From NCBI GenBank assembly GCA_030295235.1, contig AP026124.1:1-64000 (forward strand): DNA of 64,000 bases, written 5' to 3'. The notes under the pieces were generated by a model, which ran no database searches, was not told the origin of the DNA, and saw nothing but the letters and a program-made list of their open reading frames with translations. The stretch is from Fistulifera solaris. Taxonomy: Eukaryota. Position numbers and translations under genes: made by a program. Positions 45,341-59,146 of this stretch are shown here, in pieces (within the stretch, counting starts at the first letter, position 1; each line of letters starts with the position of its first letter).

Positions 45341-46948
45341 TTAACCAAAGAGGACAATCAACGACTCCACGGTCATGGCGATAGCAGAAATCGCCACCAC
45401 AATACCGATTGAATACGCGATGTAAGACGGTCGCTGATATCGCTTCATCAATGCGAACATTATACTTTGTCCCAGCAGTGCGGAGATAAAGCCCACCGCG
45501 AAGCACGCGGAAGCATAATCGTACTGGAGAAAGCCATAAATGCTGTAACTCACGGTCGCTGTTGCGCTGGTAAAGAGAATCATGGCACCCGATGTCGCAG
45601 ATGCAACAGAAGGGTGAACTCCTAGTTCCAGCATGAGTGGACCTTTCACAATACCACCGCCTGTTGTCGTTTCCGAGGCGTGAACACAACAGAAAAAACG
45701 AGTTGATGAAATGGGACACACGAGTACACGTACCAATTCCGAACAAGCCGGCAACGATCCCTGCCAATATCGCAAACACTGGATAGTGAATTGTATTGGA
45801 TTCATTCCAGTCAATATCGGATAAAACCGGTCCACCCAATACGTGCAGTCGATGTAAGATTGAGGATCGAGTCCATACACCAAATACTCCAATAATGGTC
45901 AATAATAGGATCTGATTGTACCAATAACAATACGTTCCGCACCACGACTGTTGTTGAGTGCCTTTCTGTGTGGATTGTCCTTCTCCAGGTCCTCCATTTA
46001 GCAAATTTAAAATGGTGATAACGACAAAAGGGCCACCATTCTGACCATTGCTTTCCTGATTTCAAATCCCACCGGATTCGCTCGTTGGGAGGTGACTGGG
46101 ACTGTCATCTTTCCTCCCTCACTGGGTGACACAGTTAAAGCCCCATAGGTACCGTCGTCTGTGATTGTGATGAGCACATCGGTTTCATCGACGTATTCCG
46201 TTATTGTTGGATCTTGCTTCTCTAGCAGCAGACGAGTCGTTTCTTTATGATACAATTGGTTGGCTTTTAACAATGTCTTGTAAGCTGTCAGTGACAGTAG
46301 GGCCAAGAGAAAGCACACCAACACAATTCCTGGCAAATACGCATTTAATCCAGCCCCGATCAATGTCCCCGCCAAGGTAGGGGGCTCCAATTGCAGCAAC
46401 AAATCCCAATCAACACACGGTCGTTTTGCTGTGTGTTGAGTGGCTCCATTGCCATTCGCTGCATTGTTATTTGTTTGCGATTGCTTTTTGTCGTCATCGT
46501 CCGGATGTGTTTTGTAGATGTTCAATAAGTTACTAGATAGAGCGCCTCCCAATACAGTGACGGATGATAAGGAAATCGCATGTTTCACAGGGAAATCAAG
46601 AATGAGAATATAAAGCGGAACTAATATACCACCGCCCCCGATTCCGCCTAATCGGAGAGAAAAAGTGAGGAGAAAATAAACAAAGAGCATCGACTGAGCT
46701 GCGACGAGGAGTATGACGTACCTCCCGCCGCGATCAAGAGACCTAGAACAGCTAGAAAGAATCCCCAATAGTCTTTTTGTTTCCAAGGGGAAAAGTGGTG
46801 CCAGTTGAACGCTTTCATCAATCATTATCAAGTGTCGATGATGTGATGGAATTTGTTCATGTCGTGTCATTGACAATGCAACCAACAAAAGACACGCAAG
46901 CGCTCCGACGCCTGCAAAGAAATGCAGCTTCTTCTTGTTCGGCAGCAT
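45341..46948 (-). CDS. TauE/SafE (sulfite exporter, DUF81) family membrane transporter; introns and indels
   Basis: GGIGGGGILVP...AISLS, P.VDWDL....P..LAG..IG, AG..GIG|GGIVKGPLMLELGVHP.VASATS..MILFTS. Confidence 0.88.
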
Positions 46949-47920
46949 TTTTAATGTGTATAAAATTGAGATAGAAGAGAGAATGTTGATGTGGGTGAGT
47001 TGATTGATTCAAGACAGATTCATTTTGTCGAGATGACGCGATGACATCAATGATGAGAGAAACAAAACGGACGAGACTATTTTTATGGTGCGGGTCTCGT
47101 CCAACTTCCGATCGCTAATTACTACGGAGTAATTACGGAGTATTTTTTGCGAAGAAAAACGTCAAAATTCAAAATTTACTACGGAGTATGATACTTTGTA
47201 CAACGTGCACCCCGCTACTCACCACGACTAGATTTCAGTCATCAGTCGCCATGCTTCTGATGTCGTGTCGTTACGTGTGGGATACCCAGTACCAGGTACG
47301 TCGTGAACACTAATCACACCAACAACGATGATTTTCTTTTCAACTGTTGACCGAGTGCGAGTAGTTTGGAATCTGCGGTCCTGGAAACTCACTAGCTAAG
47401 CCCACGACATGCCGGAATTCTTTAGGAGAAAACAAACAAGTTCATCCATATTGACTCACAGGCGAGTTGACCTGGTACAAGCACTGTATTAATATGATGT
47501 GTTGCTGCCTTTGATGAGGTCTTGACTTGACTCTTTGTTCGTTTTCGTTGAATTTGTCGTTGCTCTCCCATAGCTGAGTTACTTTCACCGACCACCGACT
47601 GGATTTAAGTCATGAGTCGTCATGAGTGACGCGCTGGAATCGAAATCGCTGTCCTATAACTGACGTCACGTCTCCGCTTCGGAAAAACAAAAGATCGCTT
47701 CTTGCAAAACACGGCGGACGAGGAAGAGGATGACACAAAGACTTCTCTACTTGGTACTGGTACTTGACACTTGACACACTAATCAACCATCGCACTTGTT
47801 TGTTGTAGCTTCGTTGCTTTTCAAGCTGAACAGAAAAGCAAACCAAGTTCACCGTAGCACACAAGATTTCTTTGGGAGAGCCGACACGTAATTACATCAA
47901 TTTGTATAAAAACATCACAC

Positions 47921-48560
47921 ATGGGACGATACTGCGCCGACTGCGGTTACTATTGCGACCCGGACGACTTCTCAAACAACCAGTGGCGTAAAGGCTCCGG
48001 TGTTTCGCGTTGCTACAGCTGTGTCGACGGAGGCGGCTGCTCTCGTCGTCACTGTGCTGAATGCGGATATAACAAGACCTCTGATGAATACAGCGACAAT
48101 CAGTGGTGGAAAGGAGAAGGAGTTTCCCGTTGCCGCGAATGCGTCAACACCACGTACAGCTGTCACGAGTGCGGTCGCATGTTCCAGAGTCGCAACAACC
48201 TCAAAATGCACATGCAAGTTCATCGTCCCCGCAACGTTGCTTGTCCCATTTGTGGAGATCGCCGCTTCAAGTCGGGGAGCGAATGCAGTGCAGCATGTGG
48301 AAAATGGTGGGTGTTCTCAATGCGGCGGAGGCGAATATGCCCGGGAACAAATCTGGAAATTCGCTTCCAAGAAACGAGCCATGCATCGCTACATGACCGA
48401 GGTACCGATGCTTACCTACGATGGCGAATGCTATGATGAAATTCCTGATTATCCGTACCAGTGCCCCGATTGCTACGTCCAGTACCGCAATTTAAGTCAG
48501 TTGCTACAGCATCAAGACCAAAAGCATGGTACTCGTCTCCCCATGTTGACGAATCGTTGA
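47921..48560 (+). CDS. Zinc-finger protein: two CxxC..(F/Y)SxNQW..RCxxC (Stc1-like) modules plus C2H2 fingers; one indel at ~48273-48276
   Basis: CADC..FSNNQWRKG..RCYSCV; CAEC..YSDNQWWKG..RCRECV; CHECGRMFQSRNNLKMHMQVH; C-terminal YQCPDC..LSQLLQHQDQKH. Confidence 0.85.
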
Positions 48561-49055
48561 GTCTTGAGAAGGCAGGTTCATTCTAGACAACGGACTCACG
48601 AAAATGTAAAACAAGAAACAAGAGCGGGGATCTGTTCTACTATTTTACGCACGTCCTTTAGCAAATCATTTGATTTTTTTGAACCTTTACGAAATGAAAC
48701 AGAAAAGACAAAAAGCATGAATTGTATGATGATTTAACGATATTTAGTTTCGTAGGCGGATAGATTGCAATGAGCGACATCCCTAGTTAAAATTGCGAGC
48801 CTAAAAACGAAAGTCCGTGCATTTATTCTTCTTACCAGATGACTATGACCTGCGGGGGACATCGCGAAAACGATACTACGTACGAATGCCTCAACCGCAT
48901 AATGTTGGTCTTTACGTTTTATGTTTTGTGTTTCGTGTGAAAGATCTCACTTGTTTCCAGGTACTCTTGTGGTGTATTTACTGCGTAACTCACTAAAGCA
49001 AACAGAAGGACGAGCAATCACTCTATCAGTAGACGAGAGAAAAGAAACATTATTA

Positions 49056-49696
49056 ATGGTAAAACGCATCTGCATTGGCTGTGATTAATTGCGAGCCCAA
49101 CGAATTCTCGAACAATCATTGGAACAAAGAACCCAGTCTCTCGCGTTGCATGGATTGCGTAGGCGGCGGTCGTCGTCGTGTGTGCGAGTTGCGGATAATC
49201 TGAAGTCATCCGCCTGTTACAGCGACAAGGTGTGGTGCAGAGGACAAAGATTGAGTTGCAGGGAATGTGTCGATCCCAGCTATCAGTACGAGTTCAAGTG
49301 CGGTGAGTGCGATCGAGTGTTCAAGAGTCACAACAACTTGAAAATGCACATGCAAGTGCATCGTCCCCGCTTCGTTGCGTGTCGTATCTGTGGAGATCGT
49401 CACTTCAAATCAAGAGCAAATGTGCGGTGCAGCATGTGGAAAGTGGTGGGTGTTCACAATGTGGTGGAGGCGAGACTGCTCGCAAGCACCTTTGGCGATT
49501 TATTTGTGAGAAGCAAGCAATGCGCCGCTTCCTGACCGGTGACAATCCTTACGGAGAAATGCCGGATCATTCTTACAAGTGCCCCGAGTGCTCGATTTAC
49601 TACAGTCAGTTGGTGCAATACATCAAGATCAGAAGCATGGTGATCGTTGTCTTATGTCGACGAATCGTTAGGGCGAATGCAATGCGTGTTCTATAA
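49056..49696 (+). pseudogene. Degenerate tandem paralog of the 47921-48560 zinc-finger gene
   Basis: Colinear similarity (CGECDRVFKSHNNLKMHMQVHRPR; AVQHVESGGCSQCGGGE) but an early TAA and several frame switches. Confidence 0.6.
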
Positions 49697-50775
49697 GTTA
49701 CAGCTTTGGAAAGAATAATGAAGCGGAAGATTTGTTTAGGAAAAATGTTGGAAGCATGTTGTTCGGCATTCTGCTTTCCGAGTCTTCGAGGTCTTCTTTT
49801 GTTTTTGTAAGCTTATGAAGTAAGATAAAACGCTTCTTTGGCGTCTCTACTGGACCAATACTGGTCACCAATCAGTAGCTCACGCATGACCACAACAGAA
49901 TAACGAGTAGCGGAACGCGAATAACATCAGCTCGCCGCTCGCCGCTCACTGCTGGTCTCTAAAGCTGAGTTTGTCGTTTGTCTGCTCGTTCAGAACTTAA
50001 TTATTCAAGGCATCTCCGTTTTCGGAAAAATCGTCGTTTCTTTTATTCCCAGTTCTTTGTCTTCGCATCCTATGTTCTACACACTGACCTTAGCTCTTTT
50101 CTGTTGACTGTCAGCTGGCGACTTTAGTGATAACTGCGGTAGGGTGGTAATTGGTAATTGGTAATGAATAATGAATAAAGTTGACTAACTTATCTTTAAT
50201 CTCACTGATTAAATATACGGAGTAATAAAGTTTTACGCGTCCAAGATCCACAATCCTAAATAAGCTGATGTTGGTATGACTCAGAGCTACAAAGCGCTAT
50301 TCCCGAATTCCCGAAGACTTGCTGCTGAAATAATTCGGCGTCTCGCCTTCTCTACAATCCATTACTTATCCAAGATACAACTCTACCCTCTACCTTTCAT
50401 AAGCTGTACCCTAAGCAAAATAAACGTCTTCTCTCCATGGAATACAAATAATGATTGACGATTGACGATTAACGTGAAAGGTGAAAGACTGAAAGACATA
50501 TCAGTCCGCCAGTACCAGGCACGGTACCGATACCGGTTACCGTTACCAGTACCTCAAACCTCAAGATCTTCCAACTTCCAACTGTCGAACTGTGAATGAC
50601 TGATCGGTGAGTGCGGCGAGGAGCAAGACTGTTTCATGTCTCAACTTCGAAATCCCTGATCTCCACGCAAAAAAGCAAAACTCAATCCACATCGACATCC
50701 TCCGTTCCTCCATTATTTCCAAAGGCGACCTTTCAAAACGAAGCTTTTAAATTTTAAATAATCAGCTTATCAATC

Positions 50776-51015
50776 ATGGTGCAAAGCAAAAGTATGAATC
50801 ACTCTACTACAATGATTTCGCCACAGATCCTTTCGCTTCATCACCTCGCCATGTCCCAAACGGCGACCCCAACGTTTCATATACCACAACGAGAACATGC
50901 AAGCAGCGACCGACAATTTCTTATTTCGATTATCGAGGAGGCACTACAAATTACAGCTGATGTTGAACAGCTCTTTGATCACTCGTCGCATATTCCTTCA
51001 CATCCATCGCAATGA
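50776..51015 (+). CDS. Small hypothetical protein (79 aa) with RxxLISIIEEAL motif
   Basis: ATG in AATCATGG context; preceded by a GTAC tract like those upstream of other genes in the window. Confidence 0.55.
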   Translation: MVQSKSMNHSTTMISPQILSLHHLAMSQTATPTFHIPQREHASSDRQFLISIIEEALQITADVEQLFDHSSHIPSHPSQ

Positions 51016-51699
51016 GCAATACATGACTTTTTTTGTCCCGGGGACCAAAAACTGTAAAGTAATGAATAAGAGCTACATAAAAGGCACACAAAGCAAAACA
51101 ATCATTCATGACTCCCTCTCAATTTGTTTCGAACGACTTGATAGGTACCTTGTAAGATTACGAGAGTGTTGAGGATTTTCGAGCCCCATGGTGGTTGTAA
51201 AAAAGGGCGACGAGAAAGGCAATACGGTACCGGTACCGGTACCAGGTACATCAACTTCCCTGATCCCATCGGTACTGGTACTGTACCAGGTACGGTACCA
51301 TTATTTTTTAAGCACGTCGAAATTCGAAGTACACATGGAATGACGCCAGTCTATTTCCGAGTTTCAATATTTTGCGTTTCTTTTTTGAGAACGGCCTCGT
51401 CACTTTATCACCTCTATCTTACTGGATAAAAGAGGACTAAAATCTTCTATGAGGACTTCTAAAGCTCTCGTTTTCCGTCTGTACGCTCTAGTATTTAGCT
51501 AGGTGGACAGCTGAATACTACACATACGTTCTTGTGGAGACATACATTGAACTTATAACTCTCAAACGCCTTGTGCTTTGACCATAAAGTTCGCCCAATA
51601 TAGAATTATTCACGGTTCAAATGACCAGCCCAATCAAGTTATTATCACAACATCTCAATCTTGTATGCCTTATGAGCTACAACGTGCAATCAATTGTCG

Positions 51700-54600
51700 T
51701 TAGTCCATCGCTGAAGAGAGAAAGAGTGCCAAAGAAGTGGCAATATCCGTGTCAGTGCTTTTGATGGTCATTTCCACAGATGAACCTGTCACTCGTCCAT
51801 GAATTAGAATCAGCTGAGCACCCCCTATCATAGCAGCAGCAATCCCCTCATTGGAAGCAGCAATGGCTTCGACGGGATATGCACCGACCTCCTCTAATTT
51901 TGCAAGAAGTGCAGTCAGATTCATCGTGGTTCGAATCGACGTGGGTACCGTGGCGGCGCAGCTTCCCCACTGTTGCCCAAACTGAGCTGTTGTGATCTGT
52001 AAGGGGGCCATAGGAACGCCATTGTACTGGAATTTTGACGATGCTGTAGGAAATGATTTCAATGGCTCATCCTGTAAGCCGCGCATCATAGTTGCAAACG
52101 GATCATCTATTATTGCTGGTGCGGGGACCGAAAGGGGTTCGTCTTCGGTGTCGGAAACGGTTTCTACAATGGCCGGCGACGCTGGCGCTAGGTCAAATGA
52201 ATCAACAACTGGTCCTGGTGCCGAAGCGGGGGCGTCCCAAATCGACAAATCCAATAAATCAACTTCGGGAGCTATAGGGGCCGGCGGAGGAGGAGCAGAT
52301 GTAGCAGTAACGGGGTCGGAGACAGGTGGCGGCATAGCTGGAGAAACGGGAGCTGCTCCAGGGACAATCCCGCCAAAAGGGCGGCGGCTTGTCGCTCGCG
52401 CTCCAATTGCTCGGCTGTCTTTTGAGGAGGTTCTGGTGCTTTCGGCGTCGGAACAGACGTTGTAGAAGCCCCCAAGAAGGAGCTGGCGCAGGGGTAAGCA
52501 CGTGCGTCGCAGTTGCTACTTGTGTAGACGCTGGTTGTGAGACTGGTGCGAGACCCCCTTGCCCCATACATTCGCAACATTTCGAGTGTTCAAACTAAGT
52601 TGCGGCGTTGTATCCACCTTTGGTTGCGATATCATGGAACCTCCACCACTACCCGGAGGAAGACTAATGCTCTGTGCCGCACTTCGAATCTGTCCTGCGC
52701 CAGCCATTGCCATCATGGCCTGCGCTGGAGTTTGCGGCTTCTCGTAAGGAGTCATTTTAAAAGACGGCTCAGGTTGGCTTGCACCGCCATATCCGTAACC
52801 ATCATCATCATCGTCGTCATCGTCATAAATTGAAGCATCGTATGGTTTAGCGCCCTGATGCAAACATTGCTGAACGTATCCATCTAAGAAACTCAAGTTC
52901 GGATCGACTTGGACGTCTTCAGCAGAAGCATCCACAGGGAAAATTTCTGGCAACAAATGTGGACAATGCGTCAAAATAGTCTGAAACTCTAAGCAACGAG
53001 CTTGAAGATCCATGTCTTTAGATCGAGTATACTCGTCGATGACTGCTGCGGCAGCTGGTGGACATGTGCCTGCTTGGGCAACGAGTTTCATCACTGCCGT
53101 CACCAAACACTTGCGTGTTGTTATAGGTAAACTACGAGTTTCAGCTAACTCACAAAGCTGTTCCAACAGCATATCGAGCGAGGTTTCGGCGCTCAGATAC
53201 CCATATTCTCCCAAGCACCAAGCCATTGTCTCTAATAGGATTTTGGGTAGAGCACCAGCATGCTCCGAGAATAACTGCTTGACCATCATTTCGACTGCCG
53301 TCTGGCGCAAAAGCATGTCGCTCTCCTCGTCATCGTCACCCGTTCCTTCGGCAAGCAAGCTCATCAAGTTTTGAGCGACTTCCTGTTGTACAAGATCACC
53401 CGACACTCGAAGGAGTTGCGTGATAGTCTTGCAATACCATGCATTATTGGGTGCGTATCTTTCCGCAATTTTGCAAACGCGATCCGTCAATACTTGTTTC
53501 AAAAATAAATCCGGGGTTTGACTTAAGAAATGAACCAGCTTCTCCGTGATGAATTCCACATTGATGGGATTGGTCATGCGGTACAGCAAATCCAACGTTT
53601 TCACTTGAAGTGTTTCATCCGGATCTTCCAAGCAATCCATCACCGCCAACTGGTGCTGCGCTGCGTACTTGGGATGCGATTCCACAATCATGGCTAGACC
53701 AGTGACACCCAAGTATTTTAGATTGTTCGATCGACTCTGAATGAATCGGCTGATGGCTTCCGCAGCAGCATCCAATAGTGCGGCATTGGGATAAATGGAG
53801 ACAATAGTCTTGACACACTCGTATACCACCGCGTATCCTGCATTGATTCCTGTATCGGCTTTTTTCATCGCTTCATTCAATATCTCGTACATTCCCTGAC
53901 TAGCAACTATGTCCGCTTGTCCGAGTATCCCCAAGATTCGAATTAACTTCATCTGCATCCACGGTGCAGGTAGACGGTGATAATCGTATTCCGCCGGCAA
54001 ACGTCGATCTCCAATTTGTTTCAAGATAGCCACCAAACTAGGAACGATGTGCTTGAAGAGAGTCTTGTTCTCCAGAGACAGACTTTCAATGACGTTCAAT
54101 GTGCTCCCCATGACGGCCGGATCTTTGTCACACAATGCTTTCTCGACATGCTTCTTCATTTCTTCTTGCGTGACGACTTCGGGCGCGAGTTGATAGAAAC
54201 GTTGTAAACACAGAATTGCCTTTTTCCGAATTGTAGCACTGTCATGAGACAAGAGCTTGGTGACTTCACCGGCTACGGCAGGGACCATGTCGGATGTAAT
54301 GATACTTGTACAAGCCAGAACACCACCACTGCACTCGAGTACATTAGGCGACGATAAATCACGTTGCATCTGATTGACTAGCATGAAACGGAACTCATGA
54401 TCCGGGGGCAAACATGCCCCGCAAACAAGATATCCAGTACGCTTGTGAAATAGTGAAGAGGACGCTGCCATTTCTACCGCCTGCGGAAATAATAGAGTTG
54501 TGAGCAAGGAGAAAGGACTTCGACTAAAAATGCTGCGTTAGTAAAGACTTACCCGAATTAGACCCCAGCTATTGTCATGACCCAACATGCTCACGTAAAG

Positions 54601-54812
54601 CAAGCGAACCAAAAACTCCTTCGCGAGTTTCTTGGGATTCGTAAAGGCCGCTTGAGCGCCCGTTTGATTAGACGGAGGACTTTCCATTTTTGCTTCAAGC
54701 GCGCGACTTCCTTCGCAATGATGCGATCTTCTTCTTGCTTTGATTTCGATTCTCCAATCGCCTTGAGAAGCTGGAAGAACTCGCTCGATAAGTTTAAGCC
54801 TCCTGTCGCCAT
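51700..54812 (-). CDS. AP4E1: AP-4 adaptor complex subunit epsilon; intron 54552-54481; several 1-nt indels
   Basis: EFFQLLKAIGESKSKQEEDRII, KRTGYL, YDYHRLPAPWMQ, CLEDPDETL, LAEG; Pro-rich hinge; C-terminal ear domain (PLQITTAQFGQQWGS). Confidence 0.92.
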
Positions 54813-55553
54813 GTTTGATGTTGTTTTGTTTTATTAAATGAATTGTAGTCGCACGCAACGGATTTCTCTGTTTTGCTCGAATAGTTGCAAGCTGTCGCGT
54901 CTTCTTGACGTAGTTTGACACGAATAATGCAAAACTTTCTTTAGGTTCTTAACGGCTTGGGATAAAGCGATTGCAAGAAGTACCACAAGGGCTTGCTGAT
55001 TTGTGTTTTTACTTGTAAAACAACGCAATAATGGTCATCATTCGTCGTTTCGTCGCCATCGCGATCTGTCGCCGCATGAAATAATAATCGCACGCTCCTC
55101 ATTCGACACTACACTATCACGGATTGAAGTATCTTTACAAAAGTTTTGAGAAGCAGTTGGGGTACCGCTCCGATTCTGCATAGTTGCTAGGATGGCGGTC
55201 AATCTATTTCAAAACCTTCACTGTAAGTGCTTACCTACTGTTTTGTTGAATCTCACTACAAACTTCACCCGTCGTAGAACTCAAATAGAAAATCGTCATA
55301 CAGACTGAAATTTAGCATTCCTGTCGTTACATTAGAGGATCATAATGCTGAAAGACTAAGTATTCGAGCCCGATGGAGGGTGCCAGATTAACAAACATTC
55401 AGTAAAGTGAGTGCGACAACGACAAGAGCAAAACGGGGCGACAAATGAATACATTATAATTAACATGAAAAACGATTTTAATCATGTAGTGCAACTAATT
55501 GTGCTCATCGTGTACAACAATCACGCTCTGCTTGTCGTTCTCCATTTCTTCGC

Positions 55554-56991
55554 TTAATGAACGGCTGGCGCAAATCCCACTGTTTCATCCAAATAATTGA
55601 ACACCGTGTAATATTGGCGCATAAAAACATCTCCCAGAATCCACTGAGGCCCAGGTTTGGGGAAATCTGTCCAGTAGAAGGAGAGAGCAAATATGAGACA
55701 CGACGATCTGATCGATGACCAGCACACCATGCATTATCAGTTTATACGTACCAACACCCATGAAAGCAAACAAACAAGTTCCTTGTGCTTGCAACACAGC
55801 TTTATCGCCTGGTACCATGTATTCTCGACCATCAATGGTAAAGACAATATCCGGAATGGCATCTACTGTATTGCAATCAATGGTGTATTGTCCCATGACA
55901 TTGGGTTTGGCTCCAATGGCTTGAGCAATAGCGGCAATATCTTTCTTGGGCCCTGTAATCAAGGAAGTACCCGAATCTACAATGGCCGTGATCGGACTTT
56001 GGTCGGCATTCTCCGATGAATGATACGGTCCAGCCGACACGGAATCCAAGGCAATTTCCCAATATGTCGCCGACAAGAGTTTGACGTACTGCAAGTCTCC
56101 TGTGAACTTACTGGAATCGTATCCACCAAATGTCAGTTCACCCGGTCCGTTGTCTCCTAAATAAAAACTGAATATGGGTTGATCGATGACGTTCTGTTTC
56201 AAAGCATTGTCCATAACGGTCGGCGTATCATCGACCGAAATGGATCGAAATCCCAATCCCAAAATCCCATCAAACTTTCCCAACGCAAAAGCGAGTCCGA
56301 GGCCTCCAGCATCAGAGATTTCCGCAAATCGTTGTTCTGTAATGACCAAGTCGTCAGCCAAAGTGACGCTATCAACGCTGAAGAATCCGGACACACTACC
56401 CGATCCGTACATGATTTCAAAGTCGGCATTGTCTGATTCATACGTTGTCGAGGAATCATGGTTGTATTTGGCCTTTTTTCCAAAGAAAGGGTTACCACAG
56501 TGCGTGCATCCTACTTTGGGAACCCATAGATTCGAACTACCCGTATCAAAAATGACTTTGAAGGACTGTGGAGGAGTACCGATGGAAATGGAACCAAAAT
56601 ACTGTGCGTTGGCGTAATCATTGATAATTTCCGATTCACTGCGCTCCAAGAAAGATGTATCACTGTTACTACTACCACGTAATTGTCGTTGCGCTGTTTC
56701 GTAATTGTACTGCTGTTCACGCAAATGATACGCTTGAATGAGTTCATCGTCAGGGCGTTTGTGAAGAGGAATTTTAGTGACAGCGGCCGTTACAGCCGTC
56801 CAAGTGGCGCTGATAACTAAAATAGAAGCAGCTGTAGTATAATGATTATAAAAGAGATGAAAGCGAATGAGTCGTCGTCGAGAGAAGGAACGAATTGTCA
56901 GTCGATCGATCTAGGTTCGTTCGTTCGTGCGGCAAGCAGTGTCACAAAAAGAGAAGCGTCCTGCAACTTCTAACGTACCGGTGAATTTCAT
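55554..56991 (-). CDS. A1 (pepsin/cathepsin D-like) aspartic protease, secreted or vacuolar; introns 56978-56832 and ~55751-55668
   Basis: Signal/propeptide; [66 protein letters not shown]. Confidence 0.95.
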
Positions 56992-57396
56992 GTTTGAGCA
57001 GAGACGCAGCTAATGAATCAAAGAAACGTAGAAAAGACGAATCAGAAGGATCGTATTTGAATGGTGAAAGCGTTAGAGTAGACTTCCGTGAAATGCTTGT
57101 TGTTGACTTGAGGAGTTTGAACTGCTGCGTCTTCAACGCACGATCGAAATTCGTCTGCACCGGCAGAAAACGGCAGGTCATGTTGTGTCATCTCAACACT
57201 GTGAGAGTTATATTATTACACTGTATTTTTATTGTATCTACTAGTACCAGTACCGTTTCGAATGCAACGGCTCGATCGCTAAAATCCGCGAAGGCTCGTA
57301 CGTCGATACGGCAACCGGATCTTTCTTCTCCTATCTATGCGGTCATCCGATCGTCCATCCATTGCCTATTATTTATTTTTTCTTCCCTTGCCTTTG

Positions 57397-57441
57397 CACC
57401 ACCACCACCAACAACAACAACAACAAGAACAACAACAACAA
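57397..57441 (+). repeat. (CCA)n(ACA)n microsatellite in the TRM1 5' region
   Basis: CACCACCACCACCAACAACAACAACAACAAGAACAACAACAACAA. Confidence 0.8.
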
Positions 57442-57547
57442 TTCGCCCGAGCGAGATACCTATTACTTGAATACTACTCAATCAAACATCACTATTCTTC
57501 ATTTTTGCAAGTTTCGCGTTCTGCTGCAACGCCCTCTTCTTCGCGCC

Positions 57548-59059
57548 ATGTCTTCAGCAACTTCGCCCCCATCTTTTCAAACCATCACGGAAGGTTCGAG
57601 CCGTATGTGCTATCCGGCGGATCAAGAACAAGCCGTCTTTTACAATCCTGTACAAGTTCAAAATCGTGATCTAAGTACGTTAATGATTGCACTCTTTCAA
57701 GAACGATTGCAACAACGTCATCAAGACAAACTCGAAAAACGAAATTATAGTGACAAAATGCCACCTTACGAAGGAATCCGCATTCTCGATGCAATGGCTG
57801 CGTCAGGATTACGATCGATTCGCTATTTCCAAGAAATTGAGAATGTACAACACGTTACAATTAATGATTTAGAAGAGGCGGCGGTGGAACGAGCGCACCA
57901 AAATGTCAAAGAAAACAATTTACAAGACAAATTGGCTTTATCACTACAAGATCCTGGGATTTTCATACAGCAAGCGGATGCCCGTGCGGTCATGTATTCA
58001 AAAACAGCACAGTATCATGTCATTGACTTGGATCCCTACGGCTCAGCGGCGTCGTTTTTAGATGCTGCTGTACAGTGCGTCGAAAATGGTGGTTTGCTTT
58101 GCGTCACTTGCACCGATATGGCGGCTTTGGGCGGCAGTCATCCAGAAACATGCTTTGGTCGTTATGGATGTATGCCCATTCAACGGTCCGGCTACCTGCA
58201 AGAAATGGCCGTGCGTATATTGTTGGATGCTATATCCAAGTCGGCGGCGCGCTATGGACGTGTTCTGCGACCGATCCTCTCGGTGGGGATGGATTTTTAC
58301 GTTCGTGTCTTTGTAGAGATCCACAGCAGCAAAAGTGCTGTCAATACTTTGTCCTTATCCACCGGATATGTCTTCCAATCTACACAATGTCCGACATTTT
58401 ATGTCGCACCTGCTGGACAAACGGGGGCAACAAGAATAATGTTTATCAGGCGGGGCGATTGCCGACGATGGATGCGGCGATCAAAGGAACAAACTGGAAA
58501 GTAGCCGGTCCGATATGGTTGGGTCCACTGCACGACAAGGATGTTATTAGAAAAGCTCTGCAAAAGCTACACAAAATGCCGCATTTGTCCACCAAGGACC
58601 GACTCGAAGGGTTGCTGACGAGTTGTTCGGAGGAATTGGATGTTCCACTCTATTACAACTTGCCCAATTTGGCTCATTTTTTTATCTGTGTCGTCACCGC
58701 CTATGATGAAAATAAAAGCCGCTATAGTTAATGCGGGGTACAAGGTTTCAGGTTATCACAAAGAACCACAAGCTATCAAGACAGATGCGCCAAATCATGT
58801 TGTGTGGGACATCATCCGTGCATGGTGCGAGACCCAGCCACCTCCCAAGAAAGCTTCATCCAGTGCTCTGAAAATGCGTGCCACGAAACCCAAAATTGAG
58901 GTTAACTTCGCGATTCCTTCCTCGTTACCTAATCCTAAAAAATCAGAGATTCGACGATTTCCTCAAAATCCACAACCGAATTGGGGACCCAAGCCTAGGG
59001 CTACCGGTGTCAAGCGTAAGCTTTCCGCTGAACAGAACGAGTCATCCCCGCAAGAATGA
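57548..59059 (+). CDS. TRM1: tRNA (guanine26-N2)-dimethyltransferase; two apparent indels (~58423-58427 G-run, ~58677-58683 T-run)
   Basis: VFYNPVQVQNRDLS, ILDAMAASGLRSIRY, IDLDPYGS, GGLLCVTCTD, DFYVRVFV, GPIW.GPLHD, NAGYKVS..H..P.AIKTDAP, NWGPKPRA. Confidence 0.95.
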
Positions 59060-59146
59060 TCGAGGAGACTTAAGGGTAGATTTTTCTTGACGGTGCGAGT
59101 ACAAGATTAAACTTTCTGCTATGAAAACAAGATGTTCTATGATTTT

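Noticed and set aside
38142..59059. Programmed ribosomal frameshifting as the explanation for split genes
   Set aside because: The shifts go in both directions, occur in assorted homopolymers and share no slippery-site or stop-codon motif; sequencing error is more parsimonious.
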